A model generated the notes under the pieces. It did no database searches and was not told where the DNA came from. It saw only the letters and a program-made list of their open reading frames with translations. From the NCBI GenBank assembly GCA_043742785.1, contig JAYTXU010000063.1:7997-71996 (forward strand): a stretch of DNA of 64,000 bases, written 5' to 3'. A program made the position numbers and the translations under genes. This document shows positions 37,775-48,190 of this stretch, piece by piece (the first letter of the stretch is position 1; the number at the start of each line of letters is the position of its first letter). This DNA is from Candidatus Omnitrophota bacterium. Lineage in GTDB: Bacteria; Omnitrophota; Gorgyraeia; Zapsychrales; Fredricksoniimonadaceae.

Positions 37775-38463
37775 ATCTCGCAACAAAGAATCCTAGGCAG
37801 TTAGAAGGAATTTTAAATATTAATAAACCAGGAGGAATTACTTCACATGATGTTGTTTCCTTTGTGCGTCGAAAGTTTAATATGAAGCAGGTTGGTCATG
37901 CTGGCACCTTGGATCCTTTGGCCACAGGAGTTCTAATTATTTTATTAGGGAAGTCGACGAAGCTTTTTGATCAATTTGTTGCTTTTGATAAGGCCTATCG
38001 GGCAACTTTAAAGCTTGGTTTAAAAACGACAACGGCTGATATTATGGGAAAAACTCTTGAAGAGAAATCTTCAGAGGGTATTGATCAACAAAAAGTAGAA
38101 AATGTTTTTAAGACATTTACCGGCGATATTGAACAAGTACCACCCATGGTTTCTGCTGTTAAACATAAGGGAGAGCGTTTGTATAAAATTGCCTGGAAGG
38201 GAATAGAAGTTGAACGTGTGGCACGCAAGGTACGCATTAATGATTTGCATGTTCTTAAATTTGACTCTCCTTTGGTAGAATTTTTTATGGATTGTTCTAA
38301 GGGTACCTATGTGCGTCAATTAGCAGAAGATGTTGGTGATGTTTTAGGATGTGGGGCTTGTATTTCCCAGATTGAACGTACTCGTGTTGGATATTTTGAT
38401 ATTAAAGATTCAGTTTCCTTAGAGGATCTTAATGAAGGTCATATACGGTCTTGGACCAATTAA
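37771..38463 (+). CDS. truB: tRNA pseudouridine(55) synthase
   Basis: KPGGITSHD, GHAGTLDPLATGVL, PPMVSA, CSKGTYVR. Confidence 0.96.
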   Translation: MNLATKNPRQLEGILNINKPGGITSHDVVSFVRRKFNMKQVGHAGTLDPLATGVLIILLGKSTKLFDQFVAFDKAYRATLKLGLKTTTADIMGKTLEEKSSEGIDQQKVENVFKTFTGDIEQVPPMVSAVKHKGERLYKIAWKGIEVERVARKVRINDLHVLKFDSPLVEFFMDCSKGTYVRQLAEDVGDVLGCGACISQIERTRVGYFDIKDSVSLEDLNEGHIRSWTN

Positions 38464-39358
38464 TTTAAAGAAGACAGCTGTTGCGATTGGCATCTTTGAT
38501 GGAGTTCATCGTGGGCATCAGCTTTTGATTAAAAGCATGGTGGCTCAAGCGCGTCGATTGAAGGCCAAGGCTGTTGTCGTCACTTTCTTCCCTCACCCGG
38601 CTCATGTTCTTCGTCCCGACATATCTTTGCCCTATTTGATATCATTAGAACATCGACTCAAACTTCTGGAAGATTTGGGAGTGGATCTTGTATTTGTAAT
38701 TCGTTTTAACAAAAGTTTTGCTAGAATTAATCCGCTTCATTTTATTGAAAAAGTTTTAGTGGCCCAAATGGGAGTTAAATCTGTTTATGTAGGGGGAAAT
38801 TTTCGTTTTGGCAAAGATCGCAGCGGTGATATCAACCTGTTTAAAAAGTTGTCTCAAAAGTATGATTATCACATGCATGCGGTGAAGATCTTGAAACAAT
38901 CTGGTGAGGTGATCAGTAGCGGCCGCTTAAGGCAGCTGATTCCGCAAGGAAGATTAAAAGAATCGTCCCAATTACTTGGACGGCCGGTGTCTATCTTAGG
39001 GAAGGTTATTCGTGGCTCATCTAGAGGTAAATCTTTAGGGTATCCTACAGCAAATGTGCAGTATGCCTGTGATGTCCTGCCGCCTTGCGGAGTTTACGCG
39101 GTTAAAGTTGTTTTAGGTAAGAAGGTTTTGTATGGAATGGCGAATTTAGGGATACGTCCTTCCTTTAAAGAGAAAGATCCTAAGCTGAATTTAGAGGTTC
39201 ATATTTTTGATTTTAACCGTAATTTGTATGGTCAGATAATTTTAGTTGAATTCCTTAAGAAAATCCGTAATGAAATAAAATTCTTCTCTAAAGAAGATCT
39301 TATTTCTCAAATCAATAAAGATGAGTCTATCATCCGCTGCTTGCTCCACGTGAAGTAA
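38432..39358 (+). CDS. ribF: Bifunctional riboflavin kinase / FAD synthetase
   Basis: GIFDGVHRGH, ISS..LR, GYPTAN, EVHIFDF. Confidence 0.96.
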   Translation: MKVIYGLGPINLKKTAVAIGIFDGVHRGHQLLIKSMVAQARRLKAKAVVVTFFPHPAHVLRPDISLPYLISLEHRLKLLEDLGVDLVFVIRFNKSFARINPLHFIEKVLVAQMGVKSVYVGGNFRFGKDRSGDINLFKKLSQKYDYHMHAVKILKQSGEVISSGRLRQLIPQGRLKESSQLLGRPVSILGKVIRGSSRGKSLGYPTANVQYACDVLPPCGVYAVKVVLGKKVLYGMANLGIRPSFKEKDPKLNLEVHIFDFNRNLYGQIILVEFLKKIRNEIKFFSKEDLISQINKDESIIRCLLHVK

Positions 39359-39446
39359 ATTCCTCTCTGAATCTTCTTATACTTTTTATTCAAAATTAAT
39401 ATGATTTCGGTCTAGCTAGCCCTTAAAGATTTAAATATTTTGTTTA

Positions 39447-39475
39447 TTGACAGGGGAAGAGAGTGTGTTTATACT
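39447..39475 (+). promoter_or_regulatory. Sigma70 promoter of the dcw cluster (Pmra)
   Basis: TTGACA-17 nt-TATACT. Confidence 0.85.
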
Positions 39476-39484
39476 TTCAATTAA

Positions 39485-39510
39485 GTGGAGTAGGGTGGAG
39501 TGAAGTGGTG
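39485..39510 (+). promoter_or_regulatory. MraZ-binding direct repeats
   Basis: GTGGAG-N4-GTGGAG-N4-GTGGTG with 10-bp period, upstream of mraZ. Confidence 0.85.
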
Positions 39511-39545
39511 AAGCCAAAGGTCTACCTGTTTCTGGAGGTTTTAGT

Positions 39546-39992
39546 ATGTTTTATGGGGAATACAATCACGGTATTGATAATAAAGGCCGTTTGATCTTGC
39601 CTTCGCGTTTTCGCGAAGTGTCCAAAGAAAATGGTGTTGAGAAGTTTTTTGTTACTCGTGGATTAGATCGTTGTATTTTTATGTTCGCTGATCAACAGTG
39701 GCGCTTAGAAGAGCAGAAATTTAAAAATTTATCTTTTACTAAGCAGGAAGCTCGAAACTTTAATCGTATGTTTTTTTCTGGAGCTGTTGAAGTTTCCCCC
39801 GACAAACAAGGAAGATTTGTTCTTCCTCAATATTTGAAAGATTTTGCTGGCATTAAAAAGGATGCGGTGGTTATCGGAGTTTCTAATCGAATAGAAATTT
39901 GGCAGACTCATGCTTGGACCGAGTTTTATGCCAGAACAAGTGTCGATTTTGAAAAGACCGCTGAGAACATGATGGATTTAGGCGGCGGGTAG
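39546..39992 (+). CDS. mraZ: Transcriptional repressor MraZ
   Basis: DNKGRLILP and DKQGRFVLP repeats; IGVSNRIEIW. Confidence 0.96.
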   Translation: MFYGEYNHGIDNKGRLILPSRFREVSKENGVEKFFVTRGLDRCIFMFADQQWRLEEQKFKNLSFTKQEARNFNRMFFSGAVEVSPDKQGRFVLPQYLKDFAGIKKDAVVIGVSNRIEIWQTHAWTEFYARTSVDFEKTAENMMDLGGG

Positions 39993-40000
39993 GTGTTTCT

Positions 40001-40897
40001 TTGAATCAAAATGTGCATATTTCAGTCATGCCAGAAGAAGTCATGCATTGGCTGAATGTTAAGCCAGGTACTGTTATTGTTGATGGTACCGTAGGGTTAG
40101 CCGGACACTCATTGTTAATAGCTCAAGCGTTAGGTAAAAGCGGGCAGTTGATTGGTATTGATCGTGACCATTGTTCTTTAACTGAAGCTAAGAGGCGTTT
40201 GGCGTCTTGTTGTACAAGGGTTGATTTGTTGCAGGGGCCGTTTGGGGATGTTAAGCGCCTTTTAGCTGAAGTTAAGGTTGAGTTTGTTGATGGTGTGTTG
40301 TTGGATCTTGGAATATCCAGTTTTCAGTTAGATGATGAAAAACGCGGGTTTAGTTTTTTAAGAGATGGACCGCTGGATATGCGCATGGATCAAACACAAG
40401 GACCTACAGCAGCAGATTTAGTTAATTCTCTTAAAGAAGAAGAACTTGCAAAGATTATTGAAGACTTTGGTGAAGACCGATTTGCTAGGCGTATTGCTAA
40501 ATCCATTGTTTGGCGGCGCGCTCAAGACAAAATACTTACAACCAGTCAATTAGCGAACGTTGTTCTGAAGGCATTGCCAGCGAGTTATCAGCGTGGACGG
40601 ATTCATCCAGCAACGCGTACGTTTCAAGCTTTGCGTATTTTTCTTAATAAAGAGTTAGATACTCTAAAAGAGTCGCTCATTAATTGTTTTGAGGTGTTAA
40701 ATCCTCAAGCGAGATTATGTGTTATTTCATTCCATTCGCTAGAGGATCGTATTGCTAAGAATACGTTTAAGAGTTTGGCACAGGAAGGTCGGGGACAGAT
40801 TTTGACAAAAAAACCGTTTGAACCGACGCATGTAGAGTGTCAGGCAAACTCTCGTTCAAGGAGTGCAAAGTTAAGAGTTATTGAAAGGACTTCATGA
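40001..40897 (+). CDS. rsmH: 16S rRNA m4C1402 methyltransferase RsmH
   Basis: HISVM, DGTVGLAGHS, DLGISSFQ, PLDMRMD, HPATRTFQALR, FHSLEDR. Confidence 0.96.
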   Translation: MNQNVHISVMPEEVMHWLNVKPGTVIVDGTVGLAGHSLLIAQALGKSGQLIGIDRDHCSLTEAKRRLASCCTRVDLLQGPFGDVKRLLAEVKVEFVDGVLLDLGISSFQLDDEKRGFSFLRDGPLDMRMDQTQGPTAADLVNSLKEEELAKIIEDFGEDRFARRIAKSIVWRRAQDKILTTSQLANVVLKALPASYQRGRIHPATRTFQALRIFLNKELDTLKESLINCFEVLNPQARLCVISFHSLEDRIAKNTFKSLAQEGRGQILTKKPFEPTHVECQANSRSRSAKLRVIERTS

Positions 40898-41277
40898 ATT
40901 TAAAGTTCTGGGTTAAATTAATGTCTTTTATGACTATCATGGCCTTGATTTACATTCATATGCAGATGCAAATCTTTGATTTGGCGTATCAAGGCAGTGA
41001 CAAAGAAAAACATATGCATGAATTAAGAGATCGTAATGGTCTTTTGACCCACCAAGTTCTCACCCTTAAATCTGCTAATCATTTAGGTAATCAGCTTCTA
41101 GAGAAAGACGGTAATTTACAGTTTATGGCTAATGATCATGTGTTAACTTTAAAAGGGCCTGCAGTGTTGATCAGTCAGGTATCACCGCTTTCTATGAAAG
41201 GTAAAGGTGAGAATTCGTTATGGAATTTCTTGTCATTTTTGACTCCTCAAGAAGCCAAGGCTTGGGATCGTGAATAA
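40894..41277 (+). CDS. ftsL: FtsL-like cell division protein
   Basis: TM helix plus coiled coil, located between rsmH and ftsI. Confidence 0.65.
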   Translation: MNLKFWVKLMSFMTIMALIYIHMQMQIFDLAYQGSDKEKHMHELRDRNGLLTHQVLTLKSANHLGNQLLEKDGNLQFMANDHVLTLKGPAVLISQVSPLSMKGKGENSLWNFLSFLTPQEAKAWDRE

Positions 41278-41293
41278 ATAGATAGAGGAAGAA

Positions 41294-43003
41294 TTGTTTC
41301 TTAGAAAATACCCTTTTCGTCTTGCAATTGTTTTTCTGGTTTTATTAATGGGGTTTCTGTATTCTGCAGCATTTCTCTTTTATATTCAGATATTTCATTC
41401 TTCATTTTTAGCTCACCTCGCTCAGAAACAGCATGAACATCTAATTACCATAGACCCTAAACGAGGGACTATTTATGATCGTAATTTAAGGCCGATGGCT
41501 ATTAATCTTCCTGTTTATTCTGTTTATGTAAATGCTCGATCTATTAATATCCATCATAGCAAGGAAGAAATTGTATCGAAATTGTCTGAAATTCTACTTA
41601 TCCCAGCAAATCAAATTTCTACTAAGATTGCTAAGAATAAATACTTCGTTTGGGTTCAAAGAAAGATTTCTCAAGATGTTTATCAAAGATTAAAAGATTT
41701 GAAGTTGCCTGGGGTAGCATTTGTTAAAGAAAGTAAAAGATTTTATCCTAATCAAAGTTTAGCTGCTCATTTGATTGGTTTTGCAGGTATAGATAATAAT
41801 GGATTAGATGGATTGGAGAGAGACTACGACAAATATTTGAAAGGTCAGGAAGGACATTCTGTTATTTTGCGTGATGCCCGTCAGAGAGAATTGTTATTGG
41901 AGAAGAATTATATTGCTCCAGTTGAAGGATTAGATGTGGTTCTGACGATCGATGAGACAATTCAGTTTATCGCCGAACGGGCGTTGGATCGGATGTATCA
42001 AAAATATAATGCTAAGGGAGCTAGTATTATCGTGATGGATCCTTCAACAGGAGAGATTTTAGCTTTTGCTAATCGCCCCACCTATGATTTAGAGAATGTA
42101 TCTAAGAGTTCTCCAGAATCGAGAACTAATAGGGCGATTGTTTTTACTTACGAACCAGGTTCAGTCTTTAAAATTGTGACCGCTTCCGCAGCTTTGCAGG
42201 AAGGTGTTATCAAAGAAACCGATATGGTTAATTGTGAGCATGGGGCATACAAGGTTGGTAATCATATTTTACATGATCATGAAAAGTTGGGAACTATTAC
42301 CTTTAAAGAAGTAATCGAACAGTCGAGCAATATTGGAACAACGAAGGTGGCGCAACGGTTAGGTCCTCAGAGGGTTTATAATTATGCCCATCATTTTCGT
42401 TTTGGTATGCGGACAGGAATAGATCTTCCTGGAGAAGCTTTAGGTAATCTTAAATCAGTGCGTAAATGGTCGAAAACTTCTATTGGAGCGATTCCTATTG
42501 GTCAAGAAGTAACAGTAACTGCGGTTCAGTTGTTAGGAGCGATATCAGCAATCGCTAATAATGGGGTATATATGCGTCCATTTGTTGTTAAGTATGTAAA
42601 AGATATTCATGATCAAATCATAAAGGAAACTAAACCTCAAATTCTAGATCGAGTAATCTCTGTTAAAACAGCTTTACGTGTTAAAGCTATTTTGCAGGGA
42701 GTTGTTGAAAAAGGAACTGGTGTTAAAGCTCAAATTAATGGAATAACGGTGGCAGGAAAAACTGGAACAGCTCAAAAGGTTGTTGGGGGGACGTATTCTC
42801 ACGGGCAGTTTTATGCAACGTTTGTGGGATTTGCTCCTGTAGATAAACCGAGATTAGCGGCAGTGGTTGTTTTTGATGAACCTCATCCTGCTTATTATGG
42901 TGGGACGGTTGCTGCTCCTGTTTTTAGTGAGGTTATTGGGGATTCATTAAAGTATCTTGATGCTAAACAAATGACTGGAATATTATCAGGAGACCAAGGT
43001 TAG
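41294..43003 (+). CDS. ftsI: Class B penicillin-binding protein FtsI/PBP3
   Basis: RGTIYDRN, R.YP, GLE, EPGSVFK (SxxK), SSN, KTGTAQK. Confidence 0.93.
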   Translation: MFLRKYPFRLAIVFLVLLMGFLYSAAFLFYIQIFHSSFLAHLAQKQHEHLITIDPKRGTIYDRNLRPMAINLPVYSVYVNARSINIHHSKEEIVSKLSEILLIPANQISTKIAKNKYFVWVQRKISQDVYQRLKDLKLPGVAFVKESKRFYPNQSLAAHLIGFAGIDNNGLDGLERDYDKYLKGQEGHSVILRDARQRELLLEKNYIAPVEGLDVVLTIDETIQFIAERALDRMYQKYNAKGASIIVMDPSTGEILAFANRPTYDLENVSKSSPESRTNRAIVFTYEPGSVFKIVTASAALQEGVIKETDMVNCEHGAYKVGNHILHDHEKLGTITFKEVIEQSSNIGTTKVAQRLGPQRVYNYAHHFRFGMRTGIDLPGEALGNLKSVRKWSKTSIGAIPIGQEVTVTAVQLLGAISAIANNGVYMRPFVVKYVKDIHDQIIKETKPQILDRVISVKTALRVKAILQGVVEKGTGVKAQINGITVAGKTGTAQKVVGGTYSHGQFYATFVGFAPVDKPRLAAVVVFDEPHPAYYGGTVAAPVFSEVIGDSLKYLDAKQMTGILSGDQG

Positions 43004-43004
43004 G

Positions 43005-44474
43005 ATGATTCTCAAAGAGTTATTAAAAGATGTTTATTCAAAACCTTTATCTGAGGCTTTTCAGGAAAGTGTTATTGAAAGAATCAGCTGTGATTCTCGT
43101 CAACAGCAGGATCAAGGATTATTTGTTGCTTTAAGTGGTTTTGAAGTGAATGGGGAAGATTTTATTCAAGATGCGGTTTGTCAGGGAGCCGTAGCTGTTG
43201 CCAAAAAAGGAAGTAACAGAAGATTATCCAATTACATCATTCCAGATTCGGTTTGTGTTTTAGATGTGGATGATCCGAAACTCTTTCTACGTCAGATTGC
43301 CTTGCGTTTTTTTGACAACCCTTCTCATAAGGTTAGAACCATAGGAGTGACTGGGACCAATGGCAAAACAACGATTACTTATTTGCTAGAAAGTATTCTT
43401 AAATGGAATAATCAAGCGAGTGCTGTTATTGGTACAATTAATTATCGGATTGCAGGTAAGGTTTTACCATCAAAGCTTACGACTCCTGGGTTTCTAGAGA
43501 TTCAAGGGTATTTAAGTTCTTTGGTGGTTTCCCAAATCCCTTATTGTGTTATGGAGGTTTCTGCTCATGCTCTTGAGCAAGGCCGAGTGGACGGTATTAA
43601 TTTTGCCAGTGCTGTTTTTACGAATTTGACTCAGGATCATTTAGATTATTTTAAAAATATGGAATCTTATTTTAGAGCTAAGTCCATCTTGTTTGAGAAT
43701 TTAGAGAGCAATGTAGCAGCGATTATTAATGCTGATGATAGTTATGCTCGTCGTTTATTCAGTTTATCTAAGGGGAAGAATTTAACCTATGCCATTAAAG
43801 CGGATGCAGATGTAAGGGCTGTTAATATTCATTATTCTTTAAAGGGAACACAGATGGGGGTGGTGCTCCCCCAAGGAAGAATGACGATTGAGACGAAATT
43901 TATTGGAGAGCATAATGTTTATAATATCTTGGCTGCTTGTGCGTGCGCTTTTAAAGAAGGAATTGCTTTAGACAAGATACGCCAGGGTATAGAGGATTTA
44001 ATTTGTGTACCAGGTAGGCTAGAACCTGTGGATGTTGGCCAGAATTTTCATGTGTTTATCGATTATGCACATACTCCAGATGGTTTGATTAATGTTTTAA
44101 AAGCATTAAGAGTAGTTAGTCAAAATAAGATAATCTTAGTTTTTGGCTGCGGTGGAGACCGTGATAAAACTAAGAGGCCTTTAATGGGCAAAGCAGCTTG
44201 CGAATTGGCAAATTATTCTATTGTGACTAGTGATAATCCTCGCAGCGAGAATCCTGAGACTATTATTGAGGAAATTAAAACAGGGTTTACAAAATCTAAT
44301 TATGAAATCATTCTTGATCGCAAGGAAGCAATTGCCCGAGCCATTAAGATGGCTATGCCTAGTGACATTGTTCTAGTTGCTGGTAAGGGACATGAAGATT
44401 ATCAAATTTTGAAAGACCACACTATTGAGTTTGATGAACGTAAAATTATACAAGAGTTGTTAGAGAGGAATTAA
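43005..44474 (+). CDS. murE: UDP-MurNAc-tripeptide synthetase MurE (meso-DAP type)
   Basis: GTNGKTT, MEVS.H, DHLDY, DYAHTPD, DNPR, AGKGHE. Confidence 0.96.
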   Translation: MILKELLKDVYSKPLSEAFQESVIERISCDSRQQQDQGLFVALSGFEVNGEDFIQDAVCQGAVAVAKKGSNRRLSNYIIPDSVCVLDVDDPKLFLRQIALRFFDNPSHKVRTIGVTGTNGKTTITYLLESILKWNNQASAVIGTINYRIAGKVLPSKLTTPGFLEIQGYLSSLVVSQIPYCVMEVSAHALEQGRVDGINFASAVFTNLTQDHLDYFKNMESYFRAKSILFENLESNVAAIINADDSYARRLFSLSKGKNLTYAIKADADVRAVNIHYSLKGTQMGVVLPQGRMTIETKFIGEHNVYNILAACACAFKEGIALDKIRQGIEDLICVPGRLEPVDVGQNFHVFIDYAHTPDGLINVLKALRVVSQNKIILVFGCGGDRDKTKRPLMGKAACELANYSIVTSDNPRSENPETIIEEIKTGFTKSNYEIILDRKEAIARAIKMAMPSDIVLVAGKGHEDYQILKDHTIEFDERKIIQELLERN

Positions 44475-45850
44475 TGTTTACGATTAAGGAAATTGCAGAA
44501 GCTGCAGAAGGAAGGTTAATTCAAGGAGAAGATACGGCTATTGTTAAATCTGTGTCTATCGATTCTCGTTTAGTTGAAAAAGGACAGTTATTTATTGCCG
44601 TTAAGGGTGATATTTTCGACGGACATGATTTTATTACGGATGTTATTGCTAGAGGTGTTCGAGTTGTTGTGGTGCATAGGCCAGTTAAAATAGACAATCC
44701 GAATGTTAGTATCATTATGGTTAAGGATACTACTCGAGCTTTAGGGCATATTGCTCGTTTTCATCGTCTTCGTTTTAAGATTCCTATTATTGCTTTAACG
44801 GGTTCTGCAGGAAAAACGACAACTAAGGAAATGATCGCTGTTGTTTTAAGTAAGAAATATAGAGTGCTTAAAAATGAAGGAACTGAGAATAATCATATTG
44901 GGGTGCCATTGACCTTGTTGAAATTAAAGTCTTCGCATCAGATGGTTGTTCTTGAATGCGGTACTAATCAACCTGGAGATATTCCATGGCTTTCGGATGT
45001 GGTTCGTCCTAATGTAGCTGTTTTTACAAATATTGGTGAGTCTCATTTGGAGAAACTTAAAACACCTAAAGGTGTTCTAAAAGAAAAATGGACGCTGACT
45101 TCTTGGATGGGGCGTCAAAGCACGGTTATTATTAACGCAGATGATACTCTTTTATCTAGCATAGTTAAGGTTAAGAAAAGCTTTCGTATAATGACTTATA
45201 GCTCAAAGAATCCTAGTCGTTTTCAAGCAAAAGATATTCGAGTTGAAGATGGTCATCACTTGTTTTTCAACATTGATAGAAAAACCATTGAATTGAACAC
45301 GTGCGGAATTAATAATATGTATAATGCTTTGGCAAGTTATGCTTGTGGAGTTTTGATGGGAGTTCCTACTCATCGTATTGTATCTGCGTTAAAAAGCTTC
45401 GAATTTCCAAAAGGTCGGGGACAAATAGTTAAGTTAGGACGCGGTTGGTTGATCAACGACTCTTATAATGCTAATCCTGTTTCTATGCGTAGTGCGGCTT
45501 CGACATTGCAGAATTTTAGAACTCAAGGGAAGAGAATTATGGTTGCGGCTGATATGCTTGAACTTGGAATAAAGGCTAAAGAATTGCATGGACAGATAGG
45601 AAAAGTCATTGCTCAGGCAGGTGTAGATGTATTGATTACGGTTGGTGCTTTGTCTCGACATATGGCAGCTCAAGCTAGAGCTAATAATAAGAATCTGGAA
45701 GTTTTTGCTTGCGCTGATATTGATTCAGCTCAGAAGAATCTAGCTAAAGTTTTTAATAATGGAGATGTTGTTTTAGTTAAAGGTTCTAGGCGTATGGCTA
45801 TGGAGAGAGTTGTTGAGTTCTTATTAAGGTCACCACAAGCAGTAATATAG
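44474..45850 (+). CDS. murF: UDP-MurNAc-pentapeptide synthetase MurF
   Basis: DGHDF, TGSAGKTTTK, NNHIGVP, DSYNANP, DMLELG, KGSR. Confidence 0.96.
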   Translation: MFTIKEIAEAAEGRLIQGEDTAIVKSVSIDSRLVEKGQLFIAVKGDIFDGHDFITDVIARGVRVVVVHRPVKIDNPNVSIIMVKDTTRALGHIARFHRLRFKIPIIALTGSAGKTTTKEMIAVVLSKKYRVLKNEGTENNHIGVPLTLLKLKSSHQMVVLECGTNQPGDIPWLSDVVRPNVAVFTNIGESHLEKLKTPKGVLKEKWTLTSWMGRQSTVIINADDTLLSSIVKVKKSFRIMTYSSKNPSRFQAKDIRVEDGHHLFFNIDRKTIELNTCGINNMYNALASYACGVLMGVPTHRIVSALKSFEFPKGRGQIVKLGRGWLINDSYNANPVSMRSAASTLQNFRTQGKRIMVAADMLELGIKAKELHGQIGKVIAQAGVDVLITVGALSRHMAAQARANNKNLEVFACADIDSAQKNLAKVFNNGDVVLVKGSRRMAMERVVEFLLRSPQAVI

Positions 45851-45864
45851 ATAAAGGGTAAAAT

Positions 45865-46953
45865 ATGTTTTATTTTCTTTCAGATTTCTCTTACATTTGG
45901 CCCTCGTTAAATATCTTTCGTTATATTACTTTTCGTGCAGGTTTAGCTGCCTTTACTTCTTTTATACTTTGTATTATTTTTGGTCCTATTTTTATTCGTC
46001 TTTTTAAAGAAAATCAGATCCGTGAAGTGGCCAAACGTCAAGATGCTCCTGGGTTGGATAAGTTTCAAGTGAAAAAAGAAGGAACCCCAACGATGGGAGG
46101 GGTATTTATTGTCGGTAGTATTTTGGTATCAGTTTTACTTTGGGGAAATTTGACTAACTCGCTTCTTTTAATGACGATCTTTATTTGTTTGTGTTTAGCT
46201 ATCCTAGGCGGAGCAGATGATTATGTAAAACTTAAAGGCATTGGTAAACATCGAGGGCTTAGAAGTAGAGTGAAAGCCCTTTGGCAGATTCTCATTGCTT
46301 TGTTGGTTGCTATATTTGCTTTTATGCATCCTGATATTACGACTGCTTTGGATATTCCTTTTTTAAAGAATCTAGTGGTAGATTTAGGGGCATTTTTTGT
46401 TTTCTGGGTGGTGCTAGTTGTTGTTGGTTCATCGAATGCGGTAAATTTAACTGATGGTCTTGATGGATTAGCGATTGGTTCTGTTTTGATGGTTGCTTTT
46501 ACCTTAGGGGCGTTGAGTTATGTTACGGGTAACGTAGCTATTAGCGATTATCTTCTTGTTCCGCATGTTCCAGGAGCAGGAGAGTTAGCCGTTTTTTGCG
46601 CGGCGATGGTTGGGGCAAGTTTAGGATTTTTATGGTTTAATTGTCATCCGGCAACAGTATTTATGGGGGATGTTGGTTCATTGGCCTTAGGTGGAAGCAT
46701 TGGAATGATTGCTATTCTTATTAAAAAAGAACTTTGGTTAGTTGTTCTGGGGGGAGTTTTTGTTGTTGAGGCAGGTTCTGTAATTATGCAGGTTCTATCT
46801 TTTAAGACGACAGGAAAACGTATATTAAAAATGTCACCTTTTCATCATCATTTACAACTATCTGGATGGAATGAGAATAAGATTATTGTTCGGTTTTGGA
46901 TTGTGGCTATTATTTTGGCGATGTTAACCTTAACAACTTTGAAAATTCGTTAG
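45865..46953 (+). CDS. mraY: Phospho-MurNAc-pentapeptide transferase MraY
   Basis: GTPTMGG, DDY.K, NAVNLTDGLDGL, FMGDVGS, PFHHH. Confidence 0.97.
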   Translation: MFYFLSDFSYIWPSLNIFRYITFRAGLAAFTSFILCIIFGPIFIRLFKENQIREVAKRQDAPGLDKFQVKKEGTPTMGGVFIVGSILVSVLLWGNLTNSLLLMTIFICLCLAILGGADDYVKLKGIGKHRGLRSRVKALWQILIALLVAIFAFMHPDITTALDIPFLKNLVVDLGAFFVFWVVLVVVGSSNAVNLTDGLDGLAIGSVLMVAFTLGALSYVTGNVAISDYLLVPHVPGAGELAVFCAAMVGASLGFLWFNCHPATVFMGDVGSLALGGSIGMIAILIKKELWLVVLGGVFVVEAGSVIMQVLSFKTTGKRILKMSPFHHHLQLSGWNENKIIVRFWIVAIILAMLTLTTLKIR

Positions 46954-46954
46954 C

Positions 46955-48190
46955 ATGATCGATTTAAAGAATAAGAAAGTTACGGTGATTGGTGCAGCTA
47001 GAAGTGGCATAGCTGCCGCAGATTTAGTTCTACGGTTAGGAGGGATTCCTAAGATATCTGATTCCAAAAAGCAAATCTCTGTTTCTCCTGGGATTAGGAT
47101 TGAAGTAGGTGGCCATACCAAGGAATTTATTCAAGATAGTGATTACGTTATTTTAAGTCCTGGCGTTAGACTTGATAGTCAGCCTGTTCAATGGGCCCGA
47201 GAAAAAGGTATTGAAGTGATGGGGGAGGTTGAGTTAGCTTTTAGGTGTTGTCCCTGCCCAATCGTCGCTGTAACCGGTAGTAATGGCAAGACGACCACAG
47301 TAACCTTGGTTGCAGAAATATTAAAGAAGGCGAACCGAATTGTGCGTTTGTGTGGAAACATTGGCAGCCCTTTTTCTTCTCATGTTTTGAATCTTAAGCA
47401 GACAGATATAGTTGTATTAGAAATTAGTTCTTTTCAATTGGAGTCAACCATTCATTTCAAACCGCATGTAGCGGTATGGCTTAATTTTAGTCGGAATCAT
47501 TTGGATCGTCATAAGGATTTAGCTGAATATTTTGAAGCTAAGAGAAAAATCTTGAAGAATCAAGATCAAGAGGATTTTATCATTTTTAATTTTGATCAAG
47601 AGGAATTCCAAGAGTTAGCCAAAGGGTTAAGATCTAAAGTTTTGTTTTTTAATGGACCTCAAAGTCCTTTGGATATTACTAATCCAAATTATCGAGCAGC
47701 TATGGTGGTGGCAAAGGCGTTAGGGATATCCGAAGATATTAGTCGACAGGTTTTCTCAGAATTTAAAGGGGTGGAGCATCGTTTAGAGTTGGTAAGAACT
47801 TTACACGGTGTGGATTATATTAATGATTCGAAATCAACTACAGATCAATCAGGACAATGGGCTCTTGAACGTATGACAAAACCGGCCATTATGATTTGTG
47901 GAGGATCAGAGAAGAATATTGACTATAAAGGTTTGAAGTTGTTAGTAGGAGAAAAAGTGAAGCATATGATTGCTATTGGACAGATTAGAGGTCAGATCAA
48001 AGATACATTTGCTGATGTTGTCCCTCTTGAGGTTGTCGATTCTTTGGACTCTGCTGTAAGAATAGCACAGGAAAAAGCGTCGTTGGGGGATTGTGTACTT
48101 TTTTCGCCTATGACGGCTAGTTTTGATATGTTTAAGGATTACGAACATCGAGGGAAGGTGTTTAAAGAGATTGTGGAACAACTTTTATGA
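46955..48190 (+). CDS. murD: UDP-MurNAc-L-Ala-D-Glu ligase MurD
   Basis: SPG, TGSNGKTT, EISSFQL, HLDRH, HRLE, NDSKST, SFDMF. Confidence 0.96.
   Translation: MIDLKNKKVTVIGAARSGIAAADLVLRLGGIPKISDSKKQISVSPGIRIEVGGHTKEFIQDSDYVILSPGVRLDSQPVQWAREKGIEVMGEVELAFRCCPCPIVAVTGSNGKTTTVTLVAEILKKANRIVRLCGNIGSPFSSHVLNLKQTDIVVLEISSFQLESTIHFKPHVAVWLNFSRNHLDRHKDLAEYFEAKRKILKNQDQEDFIIFNFDQEEFQELAKGLRSKVLFFNGPQSPLDITNPNYRAAMVVAKALGISEDISRQVFSEFKGVEHRLELVRTLHGVDYINDSKSTTDQSGQWALERMTKPAIMICGGSEKNIDYKGLKLLVGEKVKHMIAIGQIRGQIKDTFADVVPLEVVDSLDSAVRIAQEKASLGDCVLFSPMTASFDMFKDYEHRGKVFKEIVEQLL

Noticed and set aside
37780-37812. truB 5' end (CAACAAAGAATCCT...GAAGGAATT), and 58969-58990, resembling the 30-bp element
   Set aside because: Similarity is short and partly explained by coding constraints; it needs a model-based scan.
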